Counted from the stretch's first letter, positions 1 through 13,244 are shown. The stretch is DNA of 64,000 nucleotides from Tubiluchus corallicola (GCA_030141605.1 JAQGDQ010000835.1:26305-90304); one strand, 5' to 3'. Numbers and translations are program-made. Notes: generated by a model from the letters alone, not told the origin.

Positions 1-1309
1 AACCATGTTAGAGCACGCGTGAGCCACCATACTTATGCCTATAGACCTGTTGACATAATAGCGTACATCATGTTCTGAACTTTGCATAATGAATGTGTAA
101 TTGAAGGTTTCACAGTTAATGGTATCAATGAAATGTTGTATTTGCTACTAACAACATAATGGATATACCAATGTAAATAGCACTTACTTACTCATTATAT
201 ATATATAATTATTAGTCACTAGCAACCGTGCACAGTGGTCACGCAATTAACACATGAGCGTAACAATCTATAATTTTTGACAACCACACCAACCACGGCC
301 AAAACCAAGAGCAACATTGCATCTATCACTTAACCATCTATCATCTATGGATCTGAGTTCATCTAGTCCTGTTATTTCAACTAAGCTAGCATCACTGTAT
401 AACATGTTATGAATTTTATATGCCATTATCTAGCCTGGTCATCACGCAATAGATAATTAAGCAATTCACGTCAAACGCGTCACCGAGTAAGATTGACTTT
501 AATTAAATTCGACATGTAGGTGTCATATACAGCATAATACAATGATGTCTACCGTTACAGCCAGAGCTCAATTATGACCGGCCCCTATGATCAACAATTT
601 GCGGCCCCTAGGCTAATGAAATTATGGGCTCCCTCAGACGGAGCCACCCTCTAATTTGCTCGCACTCGTTTCGGATATTCTTTACCTGAGTTATACTTAC
701 TTCAACAACACTTGCACAGCTGAGGACCCCATATTTCAAATAAAGGGCTTCAAACAAGGCTAAAATAAAAGGCCCCAAACAGGGATCTTTTATCTCAAAT
801 GAGGAGCCAGTTTAAAATGTCATTATCAATTTACACAGTAACTTCACATCATTTACATTTTTAAAACAACAGCACTTTTATTAAAACTTAAATTTACAAT
901 TGCTTAGAAACATGTCCAATCGATTCTACATCAATCAACCCTCATCATCAGTGGTACACTATACAAACAACAACCAGTTTATATAGGCAGAAACTACAGT
1001 ATAGAAAATTATGCATTAATTACGTATTTACAAAGAAGCCAAAGCAATGAATAAACAGACCTGTAGAACAGAAATAGATACAGCGACAAATACCTAATTT
1101 TCTATAATGTGCACAATTTTTATACTGTAGGTTCTGCCTGTATAAAATGGTTTCAGTATAGAAAATTATGTACTAATTATGTATTTACAAACAAGCCAAA
1201 ATAATGAATAAACAGGGCTTTAGAAAAGAAATAGATACAGCGACTATTCATGGCGAATTTGGTCCTATATTAGTTATTTTATAACATTGTACAGATTGTA
1301 TGAGAAGGC

Positions 1310-1675
1310 TATAGATAGGCAGGAGAGAGAAACAGAGAGAGGGAAAAGAGGGAGAGTGAGAGAGGAGAGAGAAAGAGGAGGGAGGGAGAGAGAGAGAGAG
1401 AGGAGGGAGGGAGATAGAGATAGAAGGAGGGAGGGAGATAGAGATAGAAAGGAGGGAGGGAGGGAGACGGAGAAGAGGGAGAGTGAGAGAGAGAGAGAGA
1501 AAGAGGGAGGGAGAGAGAGAGAGAGAGAGGAGGGAGGGAGAGAGATAGAGATAGAAGGGAGGGAGATAGAGGAGGGAGGGCTATAGAGAAGAAAGAGGGA
1601 GATAGAGATAGAGAGGAGGGAGGGAGATAGAGAGGAGGGAGGGAGGGAGATAGAGAGAGTGAGCAGAGGGGGAAA
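1310..1675. repeat. (AG/AGG)-rich microsatellite
   Basis: Polypurine simple repeat that explains the spurious ORFs at 1274-1902. Confidence 0.95.
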
Positions 1676-1977
1676 CGCAAAAAGGGGAGCGCATGAGGAA
1701 AAAGATGGGGAGTAGTAGCAGGCGTGCATAAATGATAGAAAGTAGAGCAAACAAGAGAGTGAGAAGGAGATGAAGATGTATAAGGACGGAAGTTTTTCAT
1801 TATCTTGCTTCGACGGAGCTTCCTATACAAATTTATCATTAAAATTGTGAAAATTCTTGTATACATGTTGACAGTCAACATCTTATTGAAAAAACTGAAC
1901 ATTAAATTTGATCATGCTGGGAATATCACTGGCCGTATGCAGGTCTCAATACAATACAGGCCAAGTAATATTACCCG

Positions 1978-2359
1978 CAGTGGCGTAGCAAGTGTTTGTA
2001 GCGCCTGCCGCCTGGGGACGAAAAACTTCTGGCGCCGTTACGCCGCTGTACCCTTCTAATGTTTGATCACTTGTTTCGTGGGTGAAGCCACAAATTATAC
2101 GCGTTTTTTGCGACGCGACGCTCTACGCACGTTAGTCTTTTTCTAGGCTGTATGTAGTAATTAAGTCAGCTACGTTGATACCTGATTAGGCAATTTTGTT
2201 ATAATTTGAAGATATTTATCAATTGTTTTGTTAATGTCAAATTAGTTTATAATAATTAACACCCGGAGATTTACAATAATTAACAATTAATAAATAACTC
2301 TCACCTTTACACCCGGAGACGATTGCCCCCCCTTTTGCCCCCACCTTGCTATGCCTCTG
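1978..2359. mobile_element. hAT-type MITE
   Basis: TIR CAGTGGCGTAGCAAG / CTTGCTATGCCTCTG, degenerate 8-bp TSD ATTACCCG / GTCACCCG. Confidence 0.7.
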
Positions 2360-4499
2360 GTCACCCGCAGTTAAGTTGAGAAATTAATGTTAATTTATGC
2401 ATTATCACGCAAATTATGCTTGACTCAGCTAGTAGCTTTCTATTGATCCGGGTAGCTTTAGTTGATATTATACTGCAGTATGCTTTGCAAGCAATTAAAA
2501 GGTAAAACAATTCCGCAAAATTAAAACTTCCATGAAATAATAGCCTTTTGTAATTATTTTCGTTAATTTTACTCACCCTCAAAAAAATATAATTTATGAT
2601 ACCAATGCACGACAACGTGTCAGGAAATAATAGTTCCACTGTTGCACAATCTATTGTCTTTCTTCCTATTATTTCCACTAACTCATCATTCTTCCTGTCG
2701 TGTGTGATCTAACCTTTCTCCCAGTTCCTTTTTTGTTCACTTTTTTTATCAAGTGCTGGTTCACTTGACAGTGGGCTTATACAAGCCTTTGCTTCTCTAG
2801 TCCACTGCAGTACAATTAATCTTTTATGATAACGATGGTGTATATAAGTTCAGCAGCAGATACACTTAAGACATGGTTTCAACTGACGAAAGGTTTCAAA
2901 CTAAAAACTTTGCCCTTTAAAAACACACACACACACACTCGGAAACGCTGGGCGAGTATAATGCTTCTCAAAATAAAGTGGTGCAGGATTAGCATTAACC
3001 TCTCACAGAGAATGGTGACACAGCAGTTACATTCTTCTTCACGCCGAAAATACAAACCCTATGAGAAAGAGAGATCCAGTTTTCCGGACTTCCCATGAGA
3101 AACTCACCTGAATAACGTGTACAATTTGGAAATGCTTTTCAATGAGCAGCAAGAAAAACGAGTGTACAAGCTAGCAAAATACCAAACATTCAAAAATCAT
3201 GATTTAAAAATGTTATATTTATGTTGATTTTCGTCTGTTCATCATTTGAACAGTCAGAATTCTATTTTAATTTGGCTTTTTAAATTTTCAAGTTTGTGTG
3301 TCACATTTTTGGTGGATTTGCAAAATATTTAAAAAAAATGGGTTTCGGAAATTTTGCGAGGGTGTGAAGTTTCCCGATGTGAAGCGGTACAAGATTTGTG
3401 CTTACCTCTCTGACAGAGAGTGCCGGCTGTCAATTGCTTTAACATTTTCTTCTCGCCAATCAACCCCCCCCCCCACCCTAGCAGAAACAGATCCAGTCAA
3501 CCTGCAGTATTGTGTAATAATTTATGTTACCATGTATTACACGTCATTACATTGTACTAAATGTGATAATAATAAAAACCTCAAAACTTCAAAATAAGCA
3601 AGTTGCAAATAAAAAACATATTGTTTAGTATTTCGTTACTGTGGCAACCGTTGACTGTTTGTTGATGCACTACCCAAAATTTGTTAAGAAATATGTTGCT
3701 TTTGCACTAAATGATTGTACAGCAGCCACGAAGTTATCTTTTAAAAAGGAACACTTATATTAACAAAGTACTAGGGCCTATACTGAAAAGACATTAAAAA
3801 GGTATTATTTTAACATTTCAGTCATTACAATAATTATTTCTTACTTCCTGTAGTTTTTAAATTTTTTCCATTTCTTATTGTTTGAAATCAAAAATCAGCT
3901 TTGGAGAAATGAGTCATGATGCAAGCATTTTTATGGAGAAACCAACGTGAATCGACCATTGTTTATTTACTAACCGCAGATATGTGAATAACTTCAGTTC
4001 TTAACATAAAGATGCTTCTTTATTCAAAGTTAAACGCTCTTTCTCATGGATTCGTGGGTTTTTGTCTTCAGTTTCTACTGCGCAGTGAGAGTTTCTTCTT
4101 TGTGGTTGAACTGATTAATGGAAAGGTTTAATCAAGTGGACTGTCTTTCCGGTAATCAGACCATGAGTAAAAGAGCACCTGTTAAACTATGTTAAAAGCG
4201 TTAGACTATGATAGATAATTATGCTGATGAATGCTGGCATGAAGCCCAGTTAAGGTGTGGTGTCACGTGAGCAAGTGATTCAGTACCGAAGCATAGGCGT
4301 CGATGCGTGGAAGCTCGGCGCACGAGATATAAGCCTTGTGATGCGCCCAGCTCAGGCGATTGAGTCTCGGAAGTGAAGGAGAGCAGGCTAGGTCAGGGGG
4401 CTTGGCATTACTATCTCTTATATTTATTGCGTTTGATGTTCAATAAGCGTGTAGTTTTATAATCTGACTCTTCATAGTTTTGCCACCCCTAAATCACCA

Positions 4500-5400
4500 A
4501 TAATTAGCTTTACACGCCCAATATGACGATTTATTTTACTCCATGGCCCGTCCAGTTAAGTCTTCTGCATTTTATCTTCCTGGTTCGTTTTTTTCCTTAA
4601 CTCTGTCGTACAAATCTTTGTTACTTATAATATTTGGCAGTTTTACTTGCAATAATGATCTGTATAAGCGTCGTTGAAATGCATCTGTCTTCAGCTGATT
4701 ATTTACTTTCAAGATTCATAATTCCTAATTGTATAAAAAATGGAAGATATGTAAGCGTTGAATATCCTAAGCTTACAACTTAGACTAATATTCTAGCTAT
4801 TGAAGATGTTTTTAAGTTTTGAGAAAGCCGCTAGTACCAGGCCAATATCTTCTTTCTTTTGATATCTTCTTCAGTATCAGACAGTCTGCCAGGATATTTA
4901 CATTTCTGGATTCATCGAATATTTTCTTTCTTTTGATATCTTCTTCAGTATCAGACAGTCTGCCAAGATATTTGCATTTCTAGATTCATTGAATATTTTC
5001 TTTCTTTTGATATTTTCTTCAGTATCAGACAGTCTGCCAAGATATTTGCATTTCTGGATTCATCGAATATTTTCTTTCTTTTCATATCTTCTTCAGTATC
5101 AGACAGTCTGCCAAGATATTTGCATTTCTAGATTCATTGAATATTTTCTTTCTTTTGATATTTTCTTCAGTATCAGACAGTCTGCCATGATAATTTGCAT
5201 TTTTGGATTCATATTTTCTTTCTTTTCATATCTTCTTCAGTATCAGACAGTCTGCCAAGATATTTGCATTTCTAGATTCATTGAATATTTTCTTTCTTTT
5301 GATATTTTCTTCAGTATCAGACAGTCTGCCATGATAATCTGCATTTTTGGTTTCGTCTTTGTGATTAATGTGAAACTCCTCAGTGTTGCTTTCATTTATT
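4500..5400 (-). mobile_element. Decayed RTE-like non-LTR retrotransposon fragment with internal 74-bp tandem amplification (4851-5350, ~7 copies)
   Basis: Minus-strand translation gives KCKYLGRLSDTEEDIKRK, KLRIFNAYISSIFLYN and DAFQRRLYR, with stops and frameshifts. Confidence 0.75.
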
Positions 5401-6952
5401 TTAAATTCATATTTGTTTCAGGGAGACTGTAGGTGACTGTAGCATTATTTCAGTAACTATTTAAGACTACTAATTTTCATAACTCGTACTTTATTCAACC
5501 CTATCTTGAATAACGAGGGCGTTTCAAAACTTCGTGCTATGACACCACGTAATATTTAACTAACACGAGTTATAGCTTGCACTTAGTTTTTTGACGTTTT
5601 TGAGAGAGGCCTGGCTTAGTGGTTATGATGTAATCTATACAGCAGTACAGCACGCACAGTGTTAAGCACTGCTCGATTTGTGATAGGAATTGGTGGGTGA
5701 ATACCATAAGGCAAGTCTGTGGGACTTTATTATTTTCTCATATTATCTCCAGCCATTTCTTTGCTTTGTGGAGGACTCAGAACTTGTCCAAAATAGGGTT
5801 GTTTGGTGTCAAATTCTTTTGATAGTGAGCGAGATTTCACATCAGTCACAATTACCTATATTAAATGCACCTTCCCATTGACTGTCGAATTAATGATACA
5901 TTATGTGGTCATTAACTCAAACTGACAAACATAAACTTTTCAGTTGAATTCGATTCTCATTTCAATTTTCGCTTTCACAAACAAGTCCAACACGCTAATG
6001 GAATATTTTTGATGTTGAAAATTGTTAGTTTGTGATGTCATCAATAGTTGAGCTCGCCTGCCGTTAATTAAGATTTTAATCTATTATTTAATTATCAGAA
6101 ACGCTTTGCATTATTAATCGTGTTAAAATGTATACTTTTTAGACTTGATAATGGGGTAGTGTATAAAAAAGCATCCTCTCTATCTTAATGATGGTGCCTC
6201 TATTAAGCAATAGAGTGATTAAATTTGAAACTGAAGTAATTAAAAATCTTGCTCATTTGTTACTGGGCGCACACAATTCAATTCAAATTTAATTTAAAAG
6301 GTTTATCTCTAATATATTATTTATAGCCCAAATACAACAAATTATGTAAAGTGTGTAGAAATGGGGTGGCGAAAGACCAGGAGGTCATCGAGTCAGCCAC
6401 CCCTATATAACTTAGGAATAGTATAAAGCACGGCAGGCAGACGACATGGTTAAGTGAATAATATGTAGTTAGATCTTAAGTGTAGCAAATAAACAAAATG
6501 CAATGCAGTTATATTATAATTATACCAATGGAAAAAAGAAAGCAAATAATGCAGTTAAATATTAAAACAACAACTGAACAAGTCATGAATGCAACAACAA
6601 AAAAGCAAGTAATCTGGTTAAATCATAAATGCAGCGAATGAACTAAAATGCAGCAAATGAACGAAAATGTAGTTAAATCATGAATGCACAATAAAAAAAA
6701 AACAAGGAAGAAAATTTGTGCAGTAAGTCTTAAATAAAGTAAATGAACAAAAGCAATCACGGTAAAAAATGTGTCTGAAAAAAGCTGTACAAGGAATAGA
6801 CGTACGTTATCCGATAGATCCTAAACAGGCCTACGTGCATAATTATTTTCATATTCGTAATTCACAAACGTGTTTTCCGGCTTTCGCTTCGTTTGTGACC
6901 CGAATTAGCACTGACCCTGGCGAGTCTGATTGGGGAAACGCTGTAGTGCACA

Positions 6953-7231
6953 AAGGGCCTATTTCAGGGGGAGAAGTGGGGATACTTCCCCGGGGCGTCA
7001 CCCTCCAGGGGTGACAAGTATTAAGGACTCGTGTTAAGAATAAAGCAGTTTTTCTTTCAATTGTTCTTTCCTTTCACAACTGTATGACTCCATATTTCTC
7101 CGGCGTTCTAGCAGTTCAAAAAATTTCTGGGCGCTAACCATGGTGCCTGCGCTTCGACACCTCCCCCCCCCCCCGAGGGGGCCTCACACGCCTCACTTCC
7201 CCGGGCCTCGCTTAGGCTGAAATAGGCCCTG
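6953..7231. mobile_element. hAT-type MITE, 279 bp
   Basis: TIR AGGGCCTATTTCAG / CTGAAATAGGCCCTG, perfect 8-bp TSD AGTGCACA. Confidence 0.88.
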
Positions 7232-7387
7232 AGTGCACAATATATAAAACCTGGCTCACTTTCAAATTTTGTTCTTAATTTGGCCCGATTACGAAAGGAC
7301 GATAAAGCTGTTTAAAAATTTAACGCCTAGGCCTATAAGCAGGCTATGATTTACATGAATAAAATATGAGAATGAAATTCAACTTAC

Positions 7388-7615
7388 TTCGTTTGCCTCG
7401 AGATGCTTTATTTGACCGTACCACTTAGTCCGTGGTTTACGTCTATAACACACCTAACAGCTAGTGTTTTCTGCTGCAAATTCTGTAGTCTTTCAAAGTG
7501 ACCATGGCGGGTGGATTGATCGATATCGCAAGCCCTCAACGTACTGTGCGATTCTGCGTCCGAAATGCAGTCGAGTTTCGAGTGTTTGGAGACACCCGGC
7601 TTCTCTAATATATAT
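7388..7615 (-). promoter_or_regulatory. Putative TATA promoter and non-coding first exon (with 14-aa uORF 7505..7461) of a gene continuing beyond the left edge
   Basis: TATATAT at about 7609-7615, CpG-rich leader, CCGCC-ATG-G, donor GAA|GTAAGT at 7387. Confidence 0.5.
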
Positions 7616-7751
7616 GATTGTAGCGGGAGACTGAAGCCAAAATTATCAAAATGAATCCTCCGCGTGAGAGGATTTTACAGCAGTTATTATAACAGCTCAC
7701 ACTGCTTGTGACTGTCATCTGATTCAGTGTTTCATGCAAGAATTGGACAGT

Positions 7752-8496
7752 TTAGTCACTTGTGTCATCAAAACATCAAGGTCACCATACAAGGCCGGCA
7801 CTAGGCAGTTTGACGCCGTAGGCAAAAGCATTTTAGCACCACATTAGTCTCTTGTGTCATCAAAACATCAAGGTCACCATCCAAGGCCGGCTCTAGGCAG
7901 TTTGACGCCGTAGGCAAAAGCATTTTAGCACCACATTAGTCTCTTGTGTCATCAAAACATCGAGGTCACCATCCAAGGCCGGCTCTAGGCAGTTTGACGC
8001 CGTAGGCAAAAGCATTTTAGCACCTCCTTAGTCTCTTGTGTCACCAAAGCATCAAGGTCACCATCCTAGGCCGGCACTAGGCAGTTTGACGCCGTAGGCA
8101 AAAGCATTTTAGCACCACATTAGTCTCTTGTGTCATCAAAACATCAAGGTCACCATCCAAGGCCGGCTCTAGGCAGTTTGACGACGTAGGCAAAAGCATT
8201 TTAGCACCTCCTTAGTCTCTTGTGTCATCAAAACATCAAGGTCACCATCCAAGGCCGGCTCTAGGCAGTTTGACGCCGTAGGCAAAAGTATTTTAGCACC
8301 TCCTTAGTCTCTTGTGTCACCAAAGCATCAAGGTCACCATCCAAGGCCAGCCCTAGGCAGTTTGACGCGTCAGGTAAGTATTTTAGCACCACATTAGTCT
8401 CTTGTGTCATCAAAACATCAAGGTCACCATCCAAGGCCAGCCCTAGGCAGTTTTACGCGTCAGGTGAGTATTTTTAGCATCCCATTAGTCTCTTGT
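7752..8496. repeat. 92-bp minisatellite, 8 copies
   Basis: CTTGTGTCA recurs at 7759, 7851, 7943, 8035, 8127, 8219, 8311 and 8401. Confidence 0.95.
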
Positions 8497-8739
8497 CAAG
8501 CCCTTCCCTATGATCCCCGTTCGCCCACTCACAAAATTGAATTTTTGTTTCATGTAATATCATGTTTTATCCGGTCACCGTTTCCTTTTAATTCGCGTAG
8601 AAAATGTGTACGACCGAATCCCAGCAGAATTATTAAATATAAAATATTGTGAGTGCGCATTAGATGTCGGAAGAAATACTGTCAATAATGCCGTCCGTGG
8701 TGAACTGAGTCCACCATAAATGTCTTCGGAAAAGGCTAA

Positions 8740-9002
8740 AAATATCCTATCGCGACCATGTTACCAATGTGGAAGTCCTACAGCAGGCGCAGTCAAGATG
8801 GTTGCTGGAAATAGTCGCAGAGAGAAGGCTGAGATTGGCTGGACATAATCTACGCCTACCGGAACAACACCACTCCAAAATAGCGTTACGCTGGGAACCA
8901 CCTGGTGGAAAAAGGAAAAGAGGACGGTCAAAAACAACGTGGCGCAGATCTTTTAAACAAGACCTTCAGGCTATGAACAGACGTTGGGAGAACATCGAGT
9001 AA
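8740..9002 (+). mobile_element. RTE-clade LINE 3' fragment
   Basis: RRLRLAGHNLR...ALRWEPPGGKRKRGRSKTTW, the typical RTE ORF C-terminus. Confidence 0.8.
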
Positions 9003-9501
9003 AAACGTTCTATATTACACTGGTTTCTCACATCTCGGGGAAAACCGGCTCGTGATGCATGAAGCCCAGTTCACTCGTGCAATAAAGTTCAAGCTACAAT
9101 TAAGCGGCCTACAACGATTATTCGAAGTATAAAATTACAGAAAAACAGGCAGGAATAATAACGAAAACAATTTATTCGTTGCGCACTTATTGCAAGTTCA
9201 AACCAGAATTTAAGCAAGAAAACTATTTACATTTTATAAACAAGAAATATGAAAAAATCATGATCATGAATAAGTGCGCAGTTTTTTGGCTACTATAGTT
9301 ATAATGCAATAGATTTGTTTTGTACTTTTGTATTTTCTTATATGTATTTCATCAAAATGTAATGTATATGCCAATAATAAAATTCTAAATTCTGTAATAT
9401 AATATAATATAATTTACCTGTGCGTTGGGCTCACACATGCATTAAAGTGCACTAATTAACTTTTGTTAATTACGTTTCTACAGTTCATGTTGATTTGATT
9501 T

Positions 9502-9675
9502 AAACTTCAACTCATTTTGAAAACTTTACTCATTTTGAAAACTTCACTCATTTTGAAACTTCACTCAATCTGAAAACATTTTGAAAATTCACCCATTTTG
9601 AAAACTTCACTCATGTTGAAAACTTCACTCATTTTGAAAACTTCACTCATGTTGAAAACTTCACTCATTTTGAAA
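9502..9675. repeat. 18-bp minisatellite (AAAACTTCACTCATTTTG)n, ~9 copies
   Basis: Directly visible tandem units. Confidence 0.92.
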
Positions 9676-11221
9676 TTGAATTTATGACCCACTGTATGTC
9701 CCGGGCTTCCAGGAGTAATCAAAATTTCTGTCATCTCTGGTAGGGGTGCTGATAGTTCATTAGCAACACGTTTGCTGCCTTTCTGGTTGCTTGTGTTACA
9801 CTGGTGAAAGGTTCAATTTTTATAGATTTATCTGCTATAATTAGATAAACGTTAATATAAGGAACGTTTTTTTTATAAAATGAAGAGCTCTTACTTACCT
9901 ACTGCTTTCTCATACAAACAATAAACTGTGCAAAATCAAGATCTTCAGTAGTGTCTGCACGCAATCACGTAATCTTGAGAAGCCAGGTAAAGTAAAGGTA
10001 GAAAGTGCTGAGAGAAGAGAGCCACGTGAATGAATCATATTTCGACAGTAAAATAACGCAAGCAGTAACTACTCTCTCCAAGCAACACACCTGGCTTTAT
10101 TGCACCCATGCTAGTCTGGGAGGAAGCACGTCTCTGCCCGTTTGCAATTAAAGTGCTATTGATTTTGTTGACGTAGAGATGTATGAATTAAAAAGCCGCA
10201 ATTCAAAATGTAGTCACTCCCTTTCAACTTTAAAAAAAACCGCCAGAAAAGAAAATATTTCAAAAGAATTGAGAGTAACACAGTTTGATAATGGTAATCA
10301 CCTGCATTCTTTTTCCACAGTAAACTTAATAAAACGTGACTATGCTCAACAGGTTACTGAACACTTTATAATCATGATCACAGTTTTTCTTAGTTCTTGC
10401 TCCATTTCATCTTTCATTCACTACTCCCCCCACACTTTTATGTATATATTATCATCATTTCAATTATTAATCATTTCTTTAAGATTTCCACGTACAGTTT
10501 GGCCTGTCAAGCTATGCTTTTAGGCTCAAACTGTATGCATTAAAATTACTCTGTAATGTAATTTGCACATGTATATGCTGCATAAGAATCTCTTTTGTAA
10601 TTTCTGGATAATGTTGCATTTATATTTATATTTACTTCAGTGAAATTATCTGTATTTTTATTATAACTGTTAGATGCAGAGTGGAAATAAATAAACTTAT
10701 AAACTTGTATTTCCTATGTAGACCCAAATTTTCGAATGAAACTTCGACTTTTGACTCGTAACACGTACACTGATGCTTGTAAATTCTTGTATTTCAGGTC
10801 AGAATCAGGATAGAAATACAGTACAAAATAATCCTGTAAAAGGCCTCAAAAGAAATCAAAAATTTATTTACAATAATTACAAAAAAGTAAAGAAATCGTG
10901 ACCAACAACATGGCAGGTAGAAATTACAAAGTTACAGAGAAACCCTAGCTTAGTGAATAAGACAAACTACAGAGAAAGCGAGCAAAGTTTGTCGAACATT
11001 TTTTTTTAAAAAATTAAATTTTATTTTTCCGAGAAATGAGAAAACAACTCAATTAGTTATTGAGTGTAATTTTTAAAGGTGCCCACGTTCAGAATTTCAC
11101 TCAACAGAAAGCTGAGTATGTAACAAAAGCTGACATAAATATCTCATCAACATGGTGTACATTGAAAATTGTATATTGCTGAAACTATTGCAGCGAAAAG
11201 ACAATAATGTTATGTAACTTT

Positions 11222-11765
11222 TTAAAGCAAAACCGGACCTAATCTTAAACTGTAGGTCAAAACAATCTACTCTTTAAAATACTACAAGGAAACATACTAT
11301 TTTTTTCAAAAACGACTTATGTGAAAGAATTATCACCACACAAACACAATTTCGCGTTTGCGCCACTAGTTTTTTGCTGTTACTGCATTTCGCCATTTGC
11401 TAGTTAGATAGGCACTGGTGCCTGCATTTTGGAAACACATTGCACATGAAACAGTTGCTGTACCTCTCAGTTCAGATGTGTTAGTTTGTGAAGAACTGGT
11501 AGCGCATGCGTGAGCAAAATGGTAAATTTGAAATTTGAATTTTTATCTTAAAATTTGCAGAGTCTTAGTACAACACATTGAATATTTTATAGCAGCAGTG
11601 AAATTCAATTTTCACTTTCGCATTCACGTGCAACATGCTCAAATAATGTTCGTGCTATTGAAAATTATGTTAGTTTGTGATGTCATCAATAGTTGGGCTC
11701 ACACGCCGTTAATTAAGTTTTCGATCTATTATTTGATTGCCAGAAATGCTTTTGCAGTATTATAA
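11222..11765. mobile_element. MITE family A (TTAA-flanked, Kolobok-like). Other copies or fragments at ~5862-6190, 12379-12596, 16345-16715, 20185-20710, 21094-21243, 41772-41838 plus 46737-47246, 48471-48922
   Basis: Shared core TTAGTTTGTGATGTCATCAATAGTTGGGCTCGCCCGCCGTTAATTAAG. Termini are TTAAAGCAAAACCGG and CCTGTCTTCCTTTAA. The superfamily call is inferred from the TTAA/AG termini. Confidence 0.8.
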
Positions 11766-13139
11766 TTATTTTGGTAAATAATCTGCTCAAAAAAAGTACA
11801 TTAGAATTATAATGTAAACTATAAATTTGAACATTTTGTAGAAAGGTCATTCTATGTCAAGTTAGCCAAAGACTCCTGGGTTTACCATTTAAAATTTTGA
11901 TGAAAACTTGGAAGAAACGCACCTCTACAGGCACAAGGGAAAACCACATAGTTTCAGGGAAATTTTTGTTGCAGGTTCTGAACCTATGATCCTCCAAATT
12001 TTTGGCTTCTCCGTCGCTTTCTTACAGTAGAGATTCGTGAGCAACTTTCAATGGCACAATTTCATTTTTAAAGCAAAAGGCAAGCTAACATCGGTCACCC
12101 CAGGTAATGTACTTTCAAACATAATATGTAAGTATACAGTGTACTTACATGGTAAGTTTTGATATATCAGAAGTGACCACTGCTTAAGCAGAGAACAGCT
12201 ATGAAGTTACAAAAAACCCAATTTCGGTTGCTTGGATAGGCACTTAAATTTTCTGACCTTAGCTTGTGAAGTAAGACGTGATCCTAGTATTACTTTGGCT
12301 ATTTTCATGCAGCAATAAATCTTCTGGGTTTTCAAGTGACAATGACACAAGTGTATGCAAACGGCGTGCGAGGTCAACTATTGATGACATCACAAACTAA
12401 CATCATTTTCAATAACACAAACACTTCATGAGCGTGTTGCATGTGTCTGCGAAAGCGAAAATTGAATTTCACTGCTACTGTAAAATATACTGTTGTACTA
12501 AGACTCGGCAAATTTTAAGAAGAAAAATTCAAATTTCAAATTTACCACTTTTGCTCACGCATGCGCTGTCAAATGTGTGCAGTTCGTCACAAGCTAATGA
12601 CACAAGTGTTTTGTTCCAAAGTGGGAAATTTTCGGTGCATTAGAGTAACTTAAAAACCTATCTTAGTGTGAGATTTCCACTGTATGTTAAGTAAGGTAAA
12701 GAAATTTTCAAGTTTGGTTTAAACATTGAAGCTGTACCATCTATGTTTTCGCTTAAATCTCTCTTAAATAACGAAAAGTATGCACTTATAGTACTAATAC
12801 TCCATCACAATGCACAAGTCTGAAGTTCTTGCTAAGCAAAAATCACTATTGTTCATAGAGTCTCATCGCTTTCCGTACAAAATGTAGCTAAACACAAAGT
12901 CACACCAACCAGCTAAGGAAGATTCATTCCAAACTATATTGTAAGTACATGTATTATACAGTATATATACAAGCAGTTGTTTCACATGATCACATGAAGA
13001 TTTAGTATTTGTATGAGAACATCATTACACCAACTTGCATTTTATGTTTACACGTAGGTAAACTTCACGCACAATATCTAATGAGAATACAGGAAGAAAT
13101 ACTGGCTAGTTATGGTCCACATTAAAACTGAAAAGTTGT

Positions 13140-13244
13140 TCAAGTCGTCTCCTGACCATCCGATTGGTTATCACCGTCTTGGGTAGGCTGCTGAATGTAG
13201 ACTTGCTGTCCAGTGCCCCCTTGTGGTAACAACTGGTAAACAGT
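13140..13244 (-). CDS. NFYC: NF-YC last coding exon ([10 protein letters not shown]...DGQETT*)
   Basis: Acceptor TTTTATAG, in-frame Q-rich sequence, TGA at 13142-13140. Confidence 0.8.
   Translation of the reverse strand, partial: TVYQLLPQGGTGQQVYIQQPTQDGDNQSDGQETT

Noticed and set aside
997-1243. ~90-bp diverged direct repeat (997-1087 and 1155-1243), similarly 58370 and 58590
   Set aside because: Ordinary small local duplications with no evident functional signal.
1274-1902. Long SL/ER-rich ORFs
   Set aside because: Translations of the AG microsatellite.
7752-8496. CRISPR-like regular repeats (also 4851-5350, 29070-29570, 63209-63740)
   Set aside because: Units are contiguous with no unique spacers, there are no cas genes, and the context is eukaryotic.
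11209-11218. Perfect D-box GTTATGTAAC and scattered E-boxes suggesting circadian control
   Set aside because: Short motifs expected by chance in 64 kb of AT-rich DNA, and not clearly clustered.
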